From a virus: 64,000 bases of DNA. Shown here piece by piece: positions 37,568 through 47,000 of the stretch (within the stretch, counting starts at the first letter, position 1; every line of letters begins with the position of its first letter). The notes beneath the pieces are model-generated. The model was given only the letters and a program-made list of their open reading frames with translations, did not search any database and had not been told where the DNA came from. Both the position numbers and the translations under genes were made by a program. The stretch spans positions 4,501-68,500 of the IMG/VR virus record IMGVR_UViG_3300008448_000067, one strand, 5' to 3'.

Positions 37568-38098
37568 TTATTCTTCCATTAAGTTGATTACGTATGCTTT
37601 TAAACCGCTCGCATCAGCCTTGAGTTTAAAACCAATACTATTAGGATCGTTTATAACTACAGGTGTATCATAGTATTTATTAAAAGATCCGAAGTGAGTT
37701 CCAACTGCAATTGCGGCAGGAGATTCAGGATTGAATAATGTTATCAATCCTGCGAATCCTTCACTTCTTACATACTCTGAATTTTTTTGTTGGAACTCTT
37801 CTGAATACCACCAGGCTCGAGAACCAGATTCTGATTGACCATAAATTGGATGCCTATGGAACATATATAACTTTCTATCATATTTAAAATCATTATAACT
37901 TGCAATCCCAACAGTATAATCATTTACATCATAGCGAATGATAGGATAATCTTTGAGATCATCTATTAAAGCCGCTTTCAGAGCAACATCTCCCATGCGC
38001 TGTCGCTCTTTTGAAATATATGCATATGCTTCATTATATAGTCTATTTAAAAGCTCGTCAGATAGATCTTCAGCATAAACTTTGGTAAGAGTTAACAT
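37568..38098 (-). CDS. Hypothetical protein
   Basis: 176-aa ORF with SD AGGA; composition of a soluble protein rather than a fibre. Confidence 0.6.
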   Translation of the reverse strand: MLTLTKVYAEDLSDELLNRLYNEAYAYISKERQRMGDVALKAALIDDLKDYPIIRYDVNDYTVGIASYNDFKYDRKLYMFHRHPIYGQSESGSRAWWYSEEFQQKNSEYVRSEGFAGLITLFNPESPAAIAVGTHFGSFNKYYDTPVVINDPNSIGFKLKADASGLKAYVINLMEE

Positions 38099-38107
38099 TA
38101 TATATCC

Positions 38108-38644
38108 TTATACAAGCTGAACATTATGTATTTCGTTATCAGCACCAAATGGATTTGTAGTTGGAACCGTGTCTCCATTATCATTGAACCATAGAAATGT
38201 AGTAGAATTGCTTCCACCATCATATGTCCCAGGTACTGCATTTGTAATGACTGATCCATCAAATAAAATTGATTTAGATCCGGCTACATTTCCTGGTAAT
38301 CGTACATTAAACTTATAATCAGGTTGGCTAACATCATAAAAAGTACTTTGCCAGTAACACGAATATGGAGCAAGATCTATGATCGAGCCATCATAACTTC
38401 CATATGGTCCATATGAATCACCGCTGTCATAGCCATGTTCTGATATAATATAACCTTCAGTTCCTTTACCGCCGGGCTGAAGGAAACCATCATTCCCAGT
38501 AGTAATACTACAGTTTAAGAATTCTTTCCAAGCAGAACCATTCCAAACTTTAGCACCTTTTGCTTCTAGCCAAGAAGATCCGTTCCAAGCTTTTTTTTGA
38601 GGAGCTAAAACCCAAGAAGATCCATTCCATGCATATAATGCCAT
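38108..38644 (-). CDS. Fibre-tip adhesin with three N-terminal WNGS.W repeats
   Basis: MALYAWNGSSW...AWNGSSW...VWNGSAW; coupled (TAATG) to the upstream collagen-like fibre. Confidence 0.7.
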   Translation of the reverse strand: MALYAWNGSSWVLAPQKKAWNGSSWLEAKGAKVWNGSAWKEFLNCSITTGNDGFLQPGGKGTEGYIISEHGYDSGDSYGPYGSYDGSIIDLAPYSCYWQSTFYDVSQPDYKFNVRLPGNVAGSKSILFDGSVITNAVPGTYDGGSNSTTFLWFNDNGDTVPTTNPFGADNEIHNVQLV

Positions 38645-39843
38645 TAGATCTTAATCCAAATATCGCCTTGGTTAGAAGCGGTTGGTGTGCCAGATTGAAC
38701 AAATACTTGTCCACCACTAGTATATCCACTGGTTACATGTCTAAGAATAGGAGCAGCTGCTGTTGCTGCATCTCCCTTAGATCCAGTAAATCCAGTTCCA
38801 CCAGCAGTACCTTGTGATCCAACGAATCCTGTAGCACCCTGTGATCCAGTGAATCCAGTAGCACCAGTATTTCCTACTGAACCAGTGAAGCCAGTAGCAC
38901 CGGTTCCACCAGTTCCACCAGCAGTACCCTGTGAACCAGTAAATCCAGTAGTACCAGGATCACCAATGGTTCCTCGTGAACCGGTAAAGCCAGTCCCACC
39001 GTTTGTTCCAGCAGTACCCTGTGATCCAGTAAATCCGGTAGCACCAGTAGAACCAGGATCACCAATGGTTCCTCGCGATCCAGTAAATCCAGTTCCACCA
39101 GTTCCACCAGCAGTACCTTGTGATCCAGTAAATCCAGCGCCTACTGATCCAGTAAATCCGGTTCCACCAGTTCCACCAGCAGTACCTTGTGATCCAACAA
39201 ATCCTGTAGATCCAATAGAACCAGTAAATCCAGTTCCACCAGTAGAACCAGCAGAACCAGTCCAACCAATATTACCCTGTGATCCAGTAAATCCTATAGA
39301 TCCAGCCGATCCTGTAAAGCCTATTGAACCTGTAAAACCAGCGCCTTGTACCCAAGAAACGTTGAATCCATCAGTTTTTAAATAATAACCTGGTAAACCT
39401 GTTTGAGTTGGCAAAAGATTATTAATTGCAGTAACTGCTGTATTTCCACCGGTGCCACCACGAAGAACTGGTAAAATACCATCACCAACTGATGATGCAT
39501 TTACATAAAGCCCGGTAGAATTTGCTATAATACCAGATTGCGCTCTGATATTAATTAAAACACCGTTTGCAGTAACAATAGAATTAGCGAAATAGAGATT
39601 TCCAGCATAAACATCAAATGTTCTACTAGTGTTACCCAGAGCTTTACCGTTAGCAGTAGGAATTAAGTCGCCTGCAATAGATGTGTTACTATAGGTAAGA
39701 TTCCCAGTAACGTTTAAGTCACCTTCTACACTGAGCGTTTGCTTAACAATGGCGTGAGCATTGATCGTGGCGTTTGCTTGAAACAGCGAAACACCATCTG
39801 TTACTAACAATCCATTATCGATTTTAAAATTAGTATTCGCCAT
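38644..39843 (-). CDS. Short collagen-like fibre (GFTGS array 3)
   Basis: NFKIDNGL N-terminus, LPVLRGGTGG motif, ~190 aa of GFTGSxG/GGTG repeats, C-terminal TPTASNQGDIWIKI. Confidence 0.82.
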   Translation of the reverse strand: MANTNFKIDNGLLVTDGVSLFQANATINAHAIVKQTLSVEGDLNVTGNLTYSNTSIAGDLIPTANGKALGNTSRTFDVYAGNLYFANSIVTANGVLINIRAQSGIIANSTGLYVNASSVGDGILPVLRGGTGGNTAVTAINNLLPTQTGLPGYYLKTDGFNVSWVQGAGFTGSIGFTGSAGSIGFTGSQGNIGWTGSAGSTGGTGFTGSIGSTGFVGSQGTAGGTGGTGFTGSVGAGFTGSQGTAGGTGGTGFTGSRGTIGDPGSTGATGFTGSQGTAGTNGGTGFTGSRGTIGDPGTTGFTGSQGTAGGTGGTGATGFTGSVGNTGATGFTGSQGATGFVGSQGTAGGTGFTGSKGDAATAAAPILRHVTSGYTSGGQVFVQSGTPTASNQGDIWIKI

Positions 39844-39850
39844 GTTGACC

Positions 39851-41692
39851 TTACTTGATTAGATGTGCTACAACTTTTACTGCTGAGTTTGCTACAGATT
39901 GTACAAGATATAGATTAACATTGGCAGTATCTGTGTTTGCCGTAAATGTTCCGAGTGGAGATGAACCACCATTTGATGATACAGTACCGTATACAGTTAT
40001 AAATGCACTGGAAGAATTATCATGAGCAAGAACTAGTTCAGAAAGTTGTGTGTTTCCATTTTTGACTTGTACTTCAAATTTACCAGAAGAATATGTTGCT
40101 TTCGGGAATCTATAAACTAATACTGATCCAATTGTAGATCCGACATCAGCGTTTGCAGCTACATCAACAACATAATCTGTTTGGAATGTTGTTGTGTTTG
40201 CAATACTTAATGTATTTGATAGAGTCGTAGTACCAAGAACCGTAAGAGTTCCGTCAGTCTCAATAGCAGTTGAAGTAATAAACGTATTAACTGTTGTGTT
40301 GCCAACATTAATTCTAGCGGTTGTTAAGTTGACATTCGCGCCGACGTTGATTGTCGATGAAGCGTTAGCTGTAGGAGTATTAATATTACCTGACGCTGTA
40401 GTGAGACCGGTAATGCCGAGTGTGCTCAGAGCATTCGCTGCGCCTGAAACTCCAAATGTACTTAATGCATTGGCTGCACCAGAAACTCCAAACGTACTTA
40501 ATGTATTAGCTGCACCGGTCACTGAAAGAGTATTTGATAAGACGGTTGCACCAACAACAGTAAGTGTGCCATCGGTTTCAATAGCAGTTGAGGTGAGGAA
40601 TGTATTAACTGTAGTATTACCAACGGTAATTCTAGCAGTTGTCAGATTTACGTTTGCGCCGACGTTGATTGTCGATGAAGCGTTAGCTGTAGGAGTATTA
40701 ATATTACCTGAAGCTGTAGTGAGACCGGTAATATTTAATGTATTTGATAATGTAGCAGCTCCGAGCACAGTGAGTGTGCCATCGGTTTCAATAGCAGTTG
40801 AAGTAATAAACGTATTAACTGTTGTGTTGCCAACATTAATTCTTGCAGCTGTCAGATTTACGTTTGCGCCGACATTTACCGCGGATGACGCGTTAGCCGT
40901 CGGAGTATTAAGATTACCAGAAGCGGTAGTAAGTCCAGTAACAGTTAATGTATTTGATAACGTAGCCGCACCAGTCACTGCAATTGTGTTTGCAAAGTTG
41001 GCATTCGAAACTACATTTGCAGCACCACTAATAGTTAGATAGCTGGTTGGTGTAATTGTAAGATTTGCTGTGCCAGTCCAAGATCCATTGCCAACTACAC
41101 TGCTGAATGTTGAATTGCCGACATAAAGAGATGTAGCATTTCCATAAACATTAGCACCAATGGCTACAACTGTAGTATTACCAACAAAGAGACCTGTGTT
41201 AAAAGCAGTCGGTGTGATGTTTGCTGTAGATGTAGTATTTGCAATTTGAATGCGGCTAGGTGAAATATTTGTGTTGACAGTACTGCTAGATTGTGTTATA
41301 ATCAGACTACTGTTTACAATAGAATTAGCTGTTCCTAAGCCGAGATAGATACCAACAGGACCTAAGAAGCTATTGGAAGTGGTGTTACCAACTAGTACTC
41401 GTATACCAGCATCAGCAGCAACGTAAGCAGTAGCATTTGTAGTTATAACTAGATTTGCTGAAAGACCGTTAACATTGCCGCCACGCAGTGCATTAGTAAC
41501 AACTAAGGTGTTTGCTCCAAATGTACCCCACAGCTGACCAGTTCTACTGATTGTAGAATTGCCAGTGCTGCCAACAGTGGTATTTGCTGTAACAATTTCA
41601 GTCGACAGAGAGTTTAGTAACTCATTTGTTTTGAGTAACCATATTTCAAAGCTGTCAGTAATGATATCAACATTAGCTACTTGTCTAGACAT
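39851..41692 (-). CDS. Asn/Thr-rich fibre-like structural protein with internal repeats
   Basis: N-terminal DSFEIWLLKTNEL; three copies of a ~70-aa repeat; C-terminal YSSGKFEVQV...ELVLAHD...YGTV domain. Confidence 0.75.
   Translation of the reverse strand: MSRQVANVDIITDSFEIWLLKTNELLNSLSTEIVTANTTVGSTGNSTISRTGQLWGTFGANTLVVTNALRGGNVNGLSANLVITTNATAYVAADAGIRVLVGNTTSNSFLGPVGIYLGLGTANSIVNSSLIITQSSSTVNTNISPSRIQIANTTSTANITPTAFNTGLFVGNTTVVAIGANVYGNATSLYVGNSTFSSVVGNGSWTGTANLTITPTSYLTISGAANVVSNANFANTIAVTGAATLSNTLTVTGLTTASGNLNTPTANASSAVNVGANVNLTAARINVGNTTVNTFITSTAIETDGTLTVLGAATLSNTLNITGLTTASGNINTPTANASSTINVGANVNLTTARITVGNTTVNTFLTSTAIETDGTLTVVGATVLSNTLSVTGAANTLSTFGVSGAANALSTFGVSGAANALSTLGITGLTTASGNINTPTANASSTINVGANVNLTTARINVGNTTVNTFITSTAIETDGTLTVLGTTTLSNTLSIANTTTFQTDYVVDVAANADVGSTIGSVLVYRFPKATYSSGKFEVQVKNGNTQLSELVLAHDNSSSAFITVYGTVSSNGGSSPLGTFTANTDTANVNLYLVQSVANSAVKVVAHLIK
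40210..40960 (-). repeat. Three near-identical ~70-codon repeats
   Basis: TGLTTASGN.NTPTANASS..NVGANVNLT.ARI.VGNTTVNTF.TSTAIETDGTLTV.G; DNA copies nearly identical (e.g. near 40338 and 40656). Confidence 0.88.
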
Positions 41693-41901
41693 TAATTTCT
41701 TCCGTTAACTAACTGTAATAATAGACTTTTGATATCACGAAGATCGTTTTCAACTTCATCTATTCTTTTACATAAACTGTTATTCTTTTTATTCGCCTCA
41801 CGAGCAGCTACGAACTTTTTATATTCTTCTTCATTGGTGTTTATAATAACACCACTGTTAGTGTCTTTAACATAACCATGGTGATCTGTTTTCGCTAGCA
41901 T
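41692..41901 (-). CDS. Small conserved hypothetical protein (coiled-coil C-terminus)
   Basis: YVKDTNSGVIINTN...RIDEVENDLRDIKSLL; a type usually found after VrlC-like genes. Confidence 0.7.
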   Translation of the reverse strand: MLAKTDHHGYVKDTNSGVIINTNEEEYKKFVAAREANKKNNSLCKRIDEVENDLRDIKSLLLQLVNGRN

Positions 41902-43976
41902 TATGCGGACACTCCAATTACCTGAAGCTGTTCTACTCTTGGTATAACATGTGTTGTTTCAGAAAGTAGAACAACTTTAAGTTGCATTGTATTATACGTA
42001 TCAAATTCAGTATAAGACGAAGTTACATATCTAGCAACATTATCATTAGCAATGTTATTCCATGCTGTATTCTTATATTTTAATTGATCAACATTAACAT
42101 CACCAATAATGTTCACATTAGTGATTGGTTTAAACGTTGTAATAGCTGTGGTGTTAACACTAGCAACTGGAAATACTTGATGATTTTCTGTAGTAAGAAC
42201 ACTGTATACTCGAATAAGATCTCCAACAGCAATATTACCAACCTGAGAGAGAGTAGTAGTAATTGTATTGCTACTCAGAGTAGTCTGGAAGTTTCCAGCT
42301 AAACTTGAACTGACTTCAGGGTATTGTGGAAGTGAATAAGTATATTCCCAAATATCTCTAGGATCTTCAGTACTATATCGAGCAGTGTTATTCTTTAACT
42401 CTAATGGCGACCATGACTTATCATCAAATGCTTCTTTGTCAGCCGAGTTATGAAGCTTGGCGTAAACTTTAATCTGAGTTCCTGCAGGGCGATACGCTGC
42501 AAGATATACAACGACGTCTTCAGCATATCTACCTTCACCAAACTGAATCTTCTTAGAAACATATTTAGATTTAGCAAGTCCATTGCGATCTACTTCAGTA
42601 TCATAATTAGCAATTCCACCACGCGTGGTTGTAGTTACATTATTAATATCATTCTGATAGAAGAAGAAATCTAATTCGCCGGTATCAATATATGGCACAG
42701 AGAATCGATTAACATCAGATGTAGTTACATTGAATGTTATATTAGCAACAGCAGATTTTCTGTTTGCACCATATAGATTAGAGTTATCTACTTCTAAAGA
42801 TCTTGAAAGAATATATGATGCTCGAGGAGCACTATTGAATTTTAATAGTTCTAAATTAGTAGAAGTTGCTGGCATTTGATTAGACGAATTAGCAATATTG
42901 TAGTTCATAGTATATGTAGAACTAATAGGATTTCCAACTAAGAAGCTCGGTTTGAAGTTATCTACTTGGAATCTATCAATTGTTGCAACATTAGCAGAAG
43001 CGCCGGATCGAATTCCAGTAATTCTTGTTCCGACTGCAAATTTAGAAGTAGTATTAGCTGAAGAATCGACTAAATACACTTTATATTTACTATAATCTGT
43101 AAAATACACAGTGGCCACCGGTGGAACTTTAAATCCAATACCAGTTGCATTAAAACTAGGATATCTGTCAACGGTGATTGACGTGTCACTATTAATATTA
43201 GTGATAGTGACAATATCTCTATTACTACCATCAATTAATACAACCTTATTATCAATAGCATAATTGGTAAAAGTTGTTGTAGTTCCAGTGATTATATTAT
43301 TTGAGTTTGTGAATGTTACTGTGCCTGTAGCATTAGCAACATTCGAATATACCCACTCACCACCAATAAGAGAACCAGAAGAAGTATTGTCAATTGTAAA
43401 GAATTCATATTCTTTATTCACTAGTGGAATTGTTATATTATTAGCAACAAATTGTGCTACTTTAACTCTAAATTTAAGATCTTTATCACTTAACTTATCA
43501 TAACTATCAAAGTTTGTTGATTTATAAAGATACCCATCAAATCTAGATTGTGAACCAGGAGAAGCAATATTAGTTGCTCCTCCTGCACTAATTATTCTAT
43601 CACCCTGAACGTTAGTCCAAATATCATACGCTGGATCGTTATACTTTATAGCAATTCCATAAAAGCTACCAGTCTTAACTCTGACCGGATTAGAAAATCC
43701 AACTACTGTAGGAGTCTGAGCATCATTACTAATATTAACAGAATCGTATTCAATAAACTTTACGGAATTTAATAGTGTAGAATTTGGAAGTGGCGCATCA
43801 TTTTCTACAGTACAAATCCAGACGTTCAGTCCTGGTTTTGCAGTACCACTAATATTAGCATTTTCTACTGGCTTTGCTTTAAAAAATAAATCAATAGACG
43901 TTAACATGATTTCAGTCGCGTTAGCAACTGTTTCAGGATTTACGTAAAACGTTTGGATGTAGTCAAAATTAGACAT
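41901..43976 (-). CDS. Virion structural protein resembling the C-terminal part of VrlC-like proteins
   Basis: QTFYV, LTSIDLFFKAKP, DLKFRV, SKYVSKKI, YRPAGTQIKVYAK, terminal PRVEQLQVI; late promoter TATAAATA at 43999-44006. Confidence 0.7.
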   Translation of the reverse strand: MSNFDYIQTFYVNPETVANATEIMLTSIDLFFKAKPVENANISGTAKPGLNVWICTVENDAPLPNSTLLNSVKFIEYDSVNISNDAQTPTVVGFSNPVRVKTGSFYGIAIKYNDPAYDIWTNVQGDRIISAGGATNIASPGSQSRFDGYLYKSTNFDSYDKLSDKDLKFRVKVAQFVANNITIPLVNKEYEFFTIDNTSSGSLIGGEWVYSNVANATGTVTFTNSNNIITGTTTTFTNYAIDNKVVLIDGSNRDIVTITNINSDTSITVDRYPSFNATGIGFKVPPVATVYFTDYSKYKVYLVDSSANTTSKFAVGTRITGIRSGASANVATIDRFQVDNFKPSFLVGNPISSTYTMNYNIANSSNQMPATSTNLELLKFNSAPRASYILSRSLEVDNSNLYGANRKSAVANITFNVTTSDVNRFSVPYIDTGELDFFFYQNDINNVTTTTRGGIANYDTEVDRNGLAKSKYVSKKIQFGEGRYAEDVVVYLAAYRPAGTQIKVYAKLHNSADKEAFDDKSWSPLELKNNTARYSTEDPRDIWEYTYSLPQYPEVSSSLAGNFQTTLSSNTITTTLSQVGNIAVGDLIRVYSVLTTENHQVFPVASVNTTAITTFKPITNVNIIGDVNVDQLKYKNTAWNNIANDNVARYVTSSYTEFDTYNTMQLKVVLLSETTHVIPRVEQLQVIGVSA

Positions 43977-44010
43977 TAATTCCTCTTAATCTTTTGTTTA
44001 TTTATATTAA

Positions 44011-47000
44011 TCAAACTAACTGCTCGTAGTTATCAGATAAAGATTTAAACCCACCTGAGTAAGTAACGTTTTTAGTATCAATAGCATCATTGATAGCTTG
44101 TGAAGTATACGTATCAGTTGTTTGAGTAGTTATGGTATAATCAGTTGTGGTTGAGGACATCGTGGCAGTTTGTGTTGAATTCAAGCCAGTTGTAGTTCCA
44201 TAGTCATATGGAATATAGCTGTAATATTTAATGCCAATTGAACCTGATGCATCTGAGTTGCCATCATATGATTGTACAGAAAATACTTTAGTTCCTGCAG
44301 CAGCAGCAGCGAGCTTGTTTCTTTGCTGTAAATCAGATGTAGCTTCATCGATTCCAGCATCATAGTAGAAGTCGAAATTAAGAATACCATTGACATCTGA
44401 TAGTAGACCAGATGTATTAGTTGTAGATGTTCTTGTCTGTGAACATTTACTTGTCTTATCTTCATTGTCAAATATAAATTTGTGATATGTATTCGGTTTT
44501 AGTCCAGTAATCGAAATACTAAATCTTTGTGCATCAGCTATATAATCACCAAGGTTTATCGAACCATAATAATCAAAGTATGCAAATTGATTAGAAAGCA
44601 TAATCGTAAAATCTGCTGGACTGACTTGATAAACTAGACCATTGTAGTCAAAGTTAGCTGCATTTGGCACAATCTTTGTAACAGTTGTTACTACATCTGA
44701 TGGATAGTATAGTTTAAATCCAAATGTACCGGCTTTGGCATCCTGGAATAGACCACTATCAAACTTACCTTTATAAATGCGTAACTTATAGTAAATACCA
44801 TCATTTGGACTATGAGTCCAAAGAAGTTTGAAGTGATCCTGAATCCATCCACCAACTGGACCAGTTGATTTGCGCTCCATAGAACCAGGGTGTTCGATCT
44901 TTCTTCCATCATTTAGAACAGACAGATTCTTTGCAGTAATATCTGTTGTAGTGATAGGAAGAGCTGATGCTGAGTTGTATGTTGAAATATACTCTCCACC
45001 AGCAGTTGAAGATTGGAATACTTCAAGAGCAAGATCATTATCGCGCCCGTTAATATAAAATTCTACTGGACCTGATAGTGCACTAAACGTATAGAAGAAC
45101 TCTTCATAAACTGAACCAGTGCTACTCAGAGAAGTACTGCGCTGAGACTGAAGTGCAATAGATGTCTGTTGAGTCACAGTGGTTACTGTAATTGGACCTT
45201 CTACAGTACCATCAGTTGCATCATTTTGAGAAATAAGAGTAAATTCATTGTATGGAAGAGTCACAACTCCGGATGATCCATCATCCGGACGGAAAGAAAG
45301 ATTCAATTCTGACAGCCGCGGCCAAAGTTGATCGTCTTTAATTGTAGCATAAAACTCAGGATTACCAAGATCTGCATAGTTATAATCTGTGAATGGATCA
45401 ACAAAGAAACCAAAGCGGAAGCGATCTATCAATGAATCAGCTGAAGAAGGAATAAATCTAGACTTGGCTAGAGCTTCTGCTAATGTGAATGATACGTAAT
45501 ATTCAAGATCTTTGATTCTCTTTTCAAGAGAAGCGATGTCAGCCATTTTGTACCCCTTGACCTGAATACGCGATCGGTCAGTGGTACCAATATTAGAAGT
45601 TACAGTGTAAAGCCCTATTCTACGCCCATAAGATTCTGTTGCTATCTTTGTATCAATGATTTTTGCCATATCATTTGAAAGAGATTGCGGCAATGAAGGG
45701 TACGGAGGAATAGTTAGAATTTGTAGTGTTAAACTATTCTTTGGCTCCGGTGGAATATCACTAATAAATCCACTTTTACCAGTACGAACAATAAATTGTC
45801 CTGTGCTGCTTAGAACAACACGATCTGATCTACCAAGATAATATTCTATGCTTGCAGTTAGATCTGTATCCGGCGTTGGGAAATACTTTTCAGATGCTGT
45901 AAAGCGATCCGCTGAAGCCGGTTCACCGGGGTTAATAATACTAGCAGCGTTTGCTCCAGCAGCAACTGTTGAAATTTCTTTAATTAAATTAATTGTATTT
46001 GCTGAGCGCGGCCGGAAATCATATTGATCACGAAGATCATAATAAACTCCACTTGTTCCAAGCATTTCTGGAATTTCTAGTGTGTGAATGCTCGATGATA
46101 CAGAAAGAGCATCAAAATTTAAAGTATCATCGATAGTATAAGAACTAACAGTTTTTACACCAATATCACCGCCACTAAATACATCATATTTTATAAGTAG
46201 TACAACATCAGTTCCAAGTTCAACGGCCCGTGGCTTTCTATATAGATAAGAAGTATCTAGATAGTCTTCTTTCTGATTGGTGTCAATGTAGAAATCATTT
46301 GTAATATCTGTTACACCATATGTATTAGCAGTAAAGAAGATTGGTTGACCTGTGAACGTATGATTTTCTGAGGTGGCAGAAGCAGTAATAGTTAAATTGG
46401 CTCCACCACGAGTAGAAGCAAGAGCCATACCAGTACTATTTGCGTATACAGCATAATATGTTGCTGCTCCAGAAAGTCCTCCAAGCGTTGTAGTAGAGTT
46501 TGCATAAACAAAAGAATCTCCATTAGCAAAAGGATTGTTGCTGACTTGAATAAACGCGTTTGCTGTAGCTGAATTTATAACACCAGTATTTGCATTGAAA
46601 GTCTTAGCTACTGAAGCGCCATTGGCCGAATATACTTTTGTTAAGCGGAACGCATCAGATACTCCAAGAGCCCATGGTCCACGAACTGAACCAGAATTAT
46701 TAGAGCAAACTACACGAGTATAAACTCCACGTTCACTAGTTTTACCAGTTGAGCTTACATTTACTCGAGTAGCGTTATATGTAATCATTAGATTTGCAGA
46801 TGATGATGCATTACTCGTATTAGCAATATTACTTCCCAGATAAATTGTCATCTGTTGGCTATTAGACACATTTACGTTTGCCCATCGCGTAGATTTTGTC
46901 GACAATGATATAGGAACATTCTTAGGGAAGTACATTGTAGCACTACCACCAGTGAACGTTTGTCCTGGCCCAGCTGTAAGAATCATTGATGACGTATTGG

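Noticed and set aside
15761-39843. Diversity-generating retroelement or invertase shufflon acting on adhesins
   Set aside because: No reverse transcriptase, recombinase, adenine-specific TR/VR pair or inverted crossover sites seen in this window.
40194-41042. 282-aa plus-strand ORF and similar antisense or alternate-frame ORFs in gp23, gp22, the 421-aa gene, the Gly-rich gene and gp48
   Set aside because: They overlap well-supported genes and are explained by codon bias and repeats.
39851-41692. Enrichment of canonical N-X-S/T sequons
   Set aside because: About 25 of ~74 Asn by hand count, close to what the high Ser/Thr content would give. The stronger bias is in the residue before Asn, reported separately.
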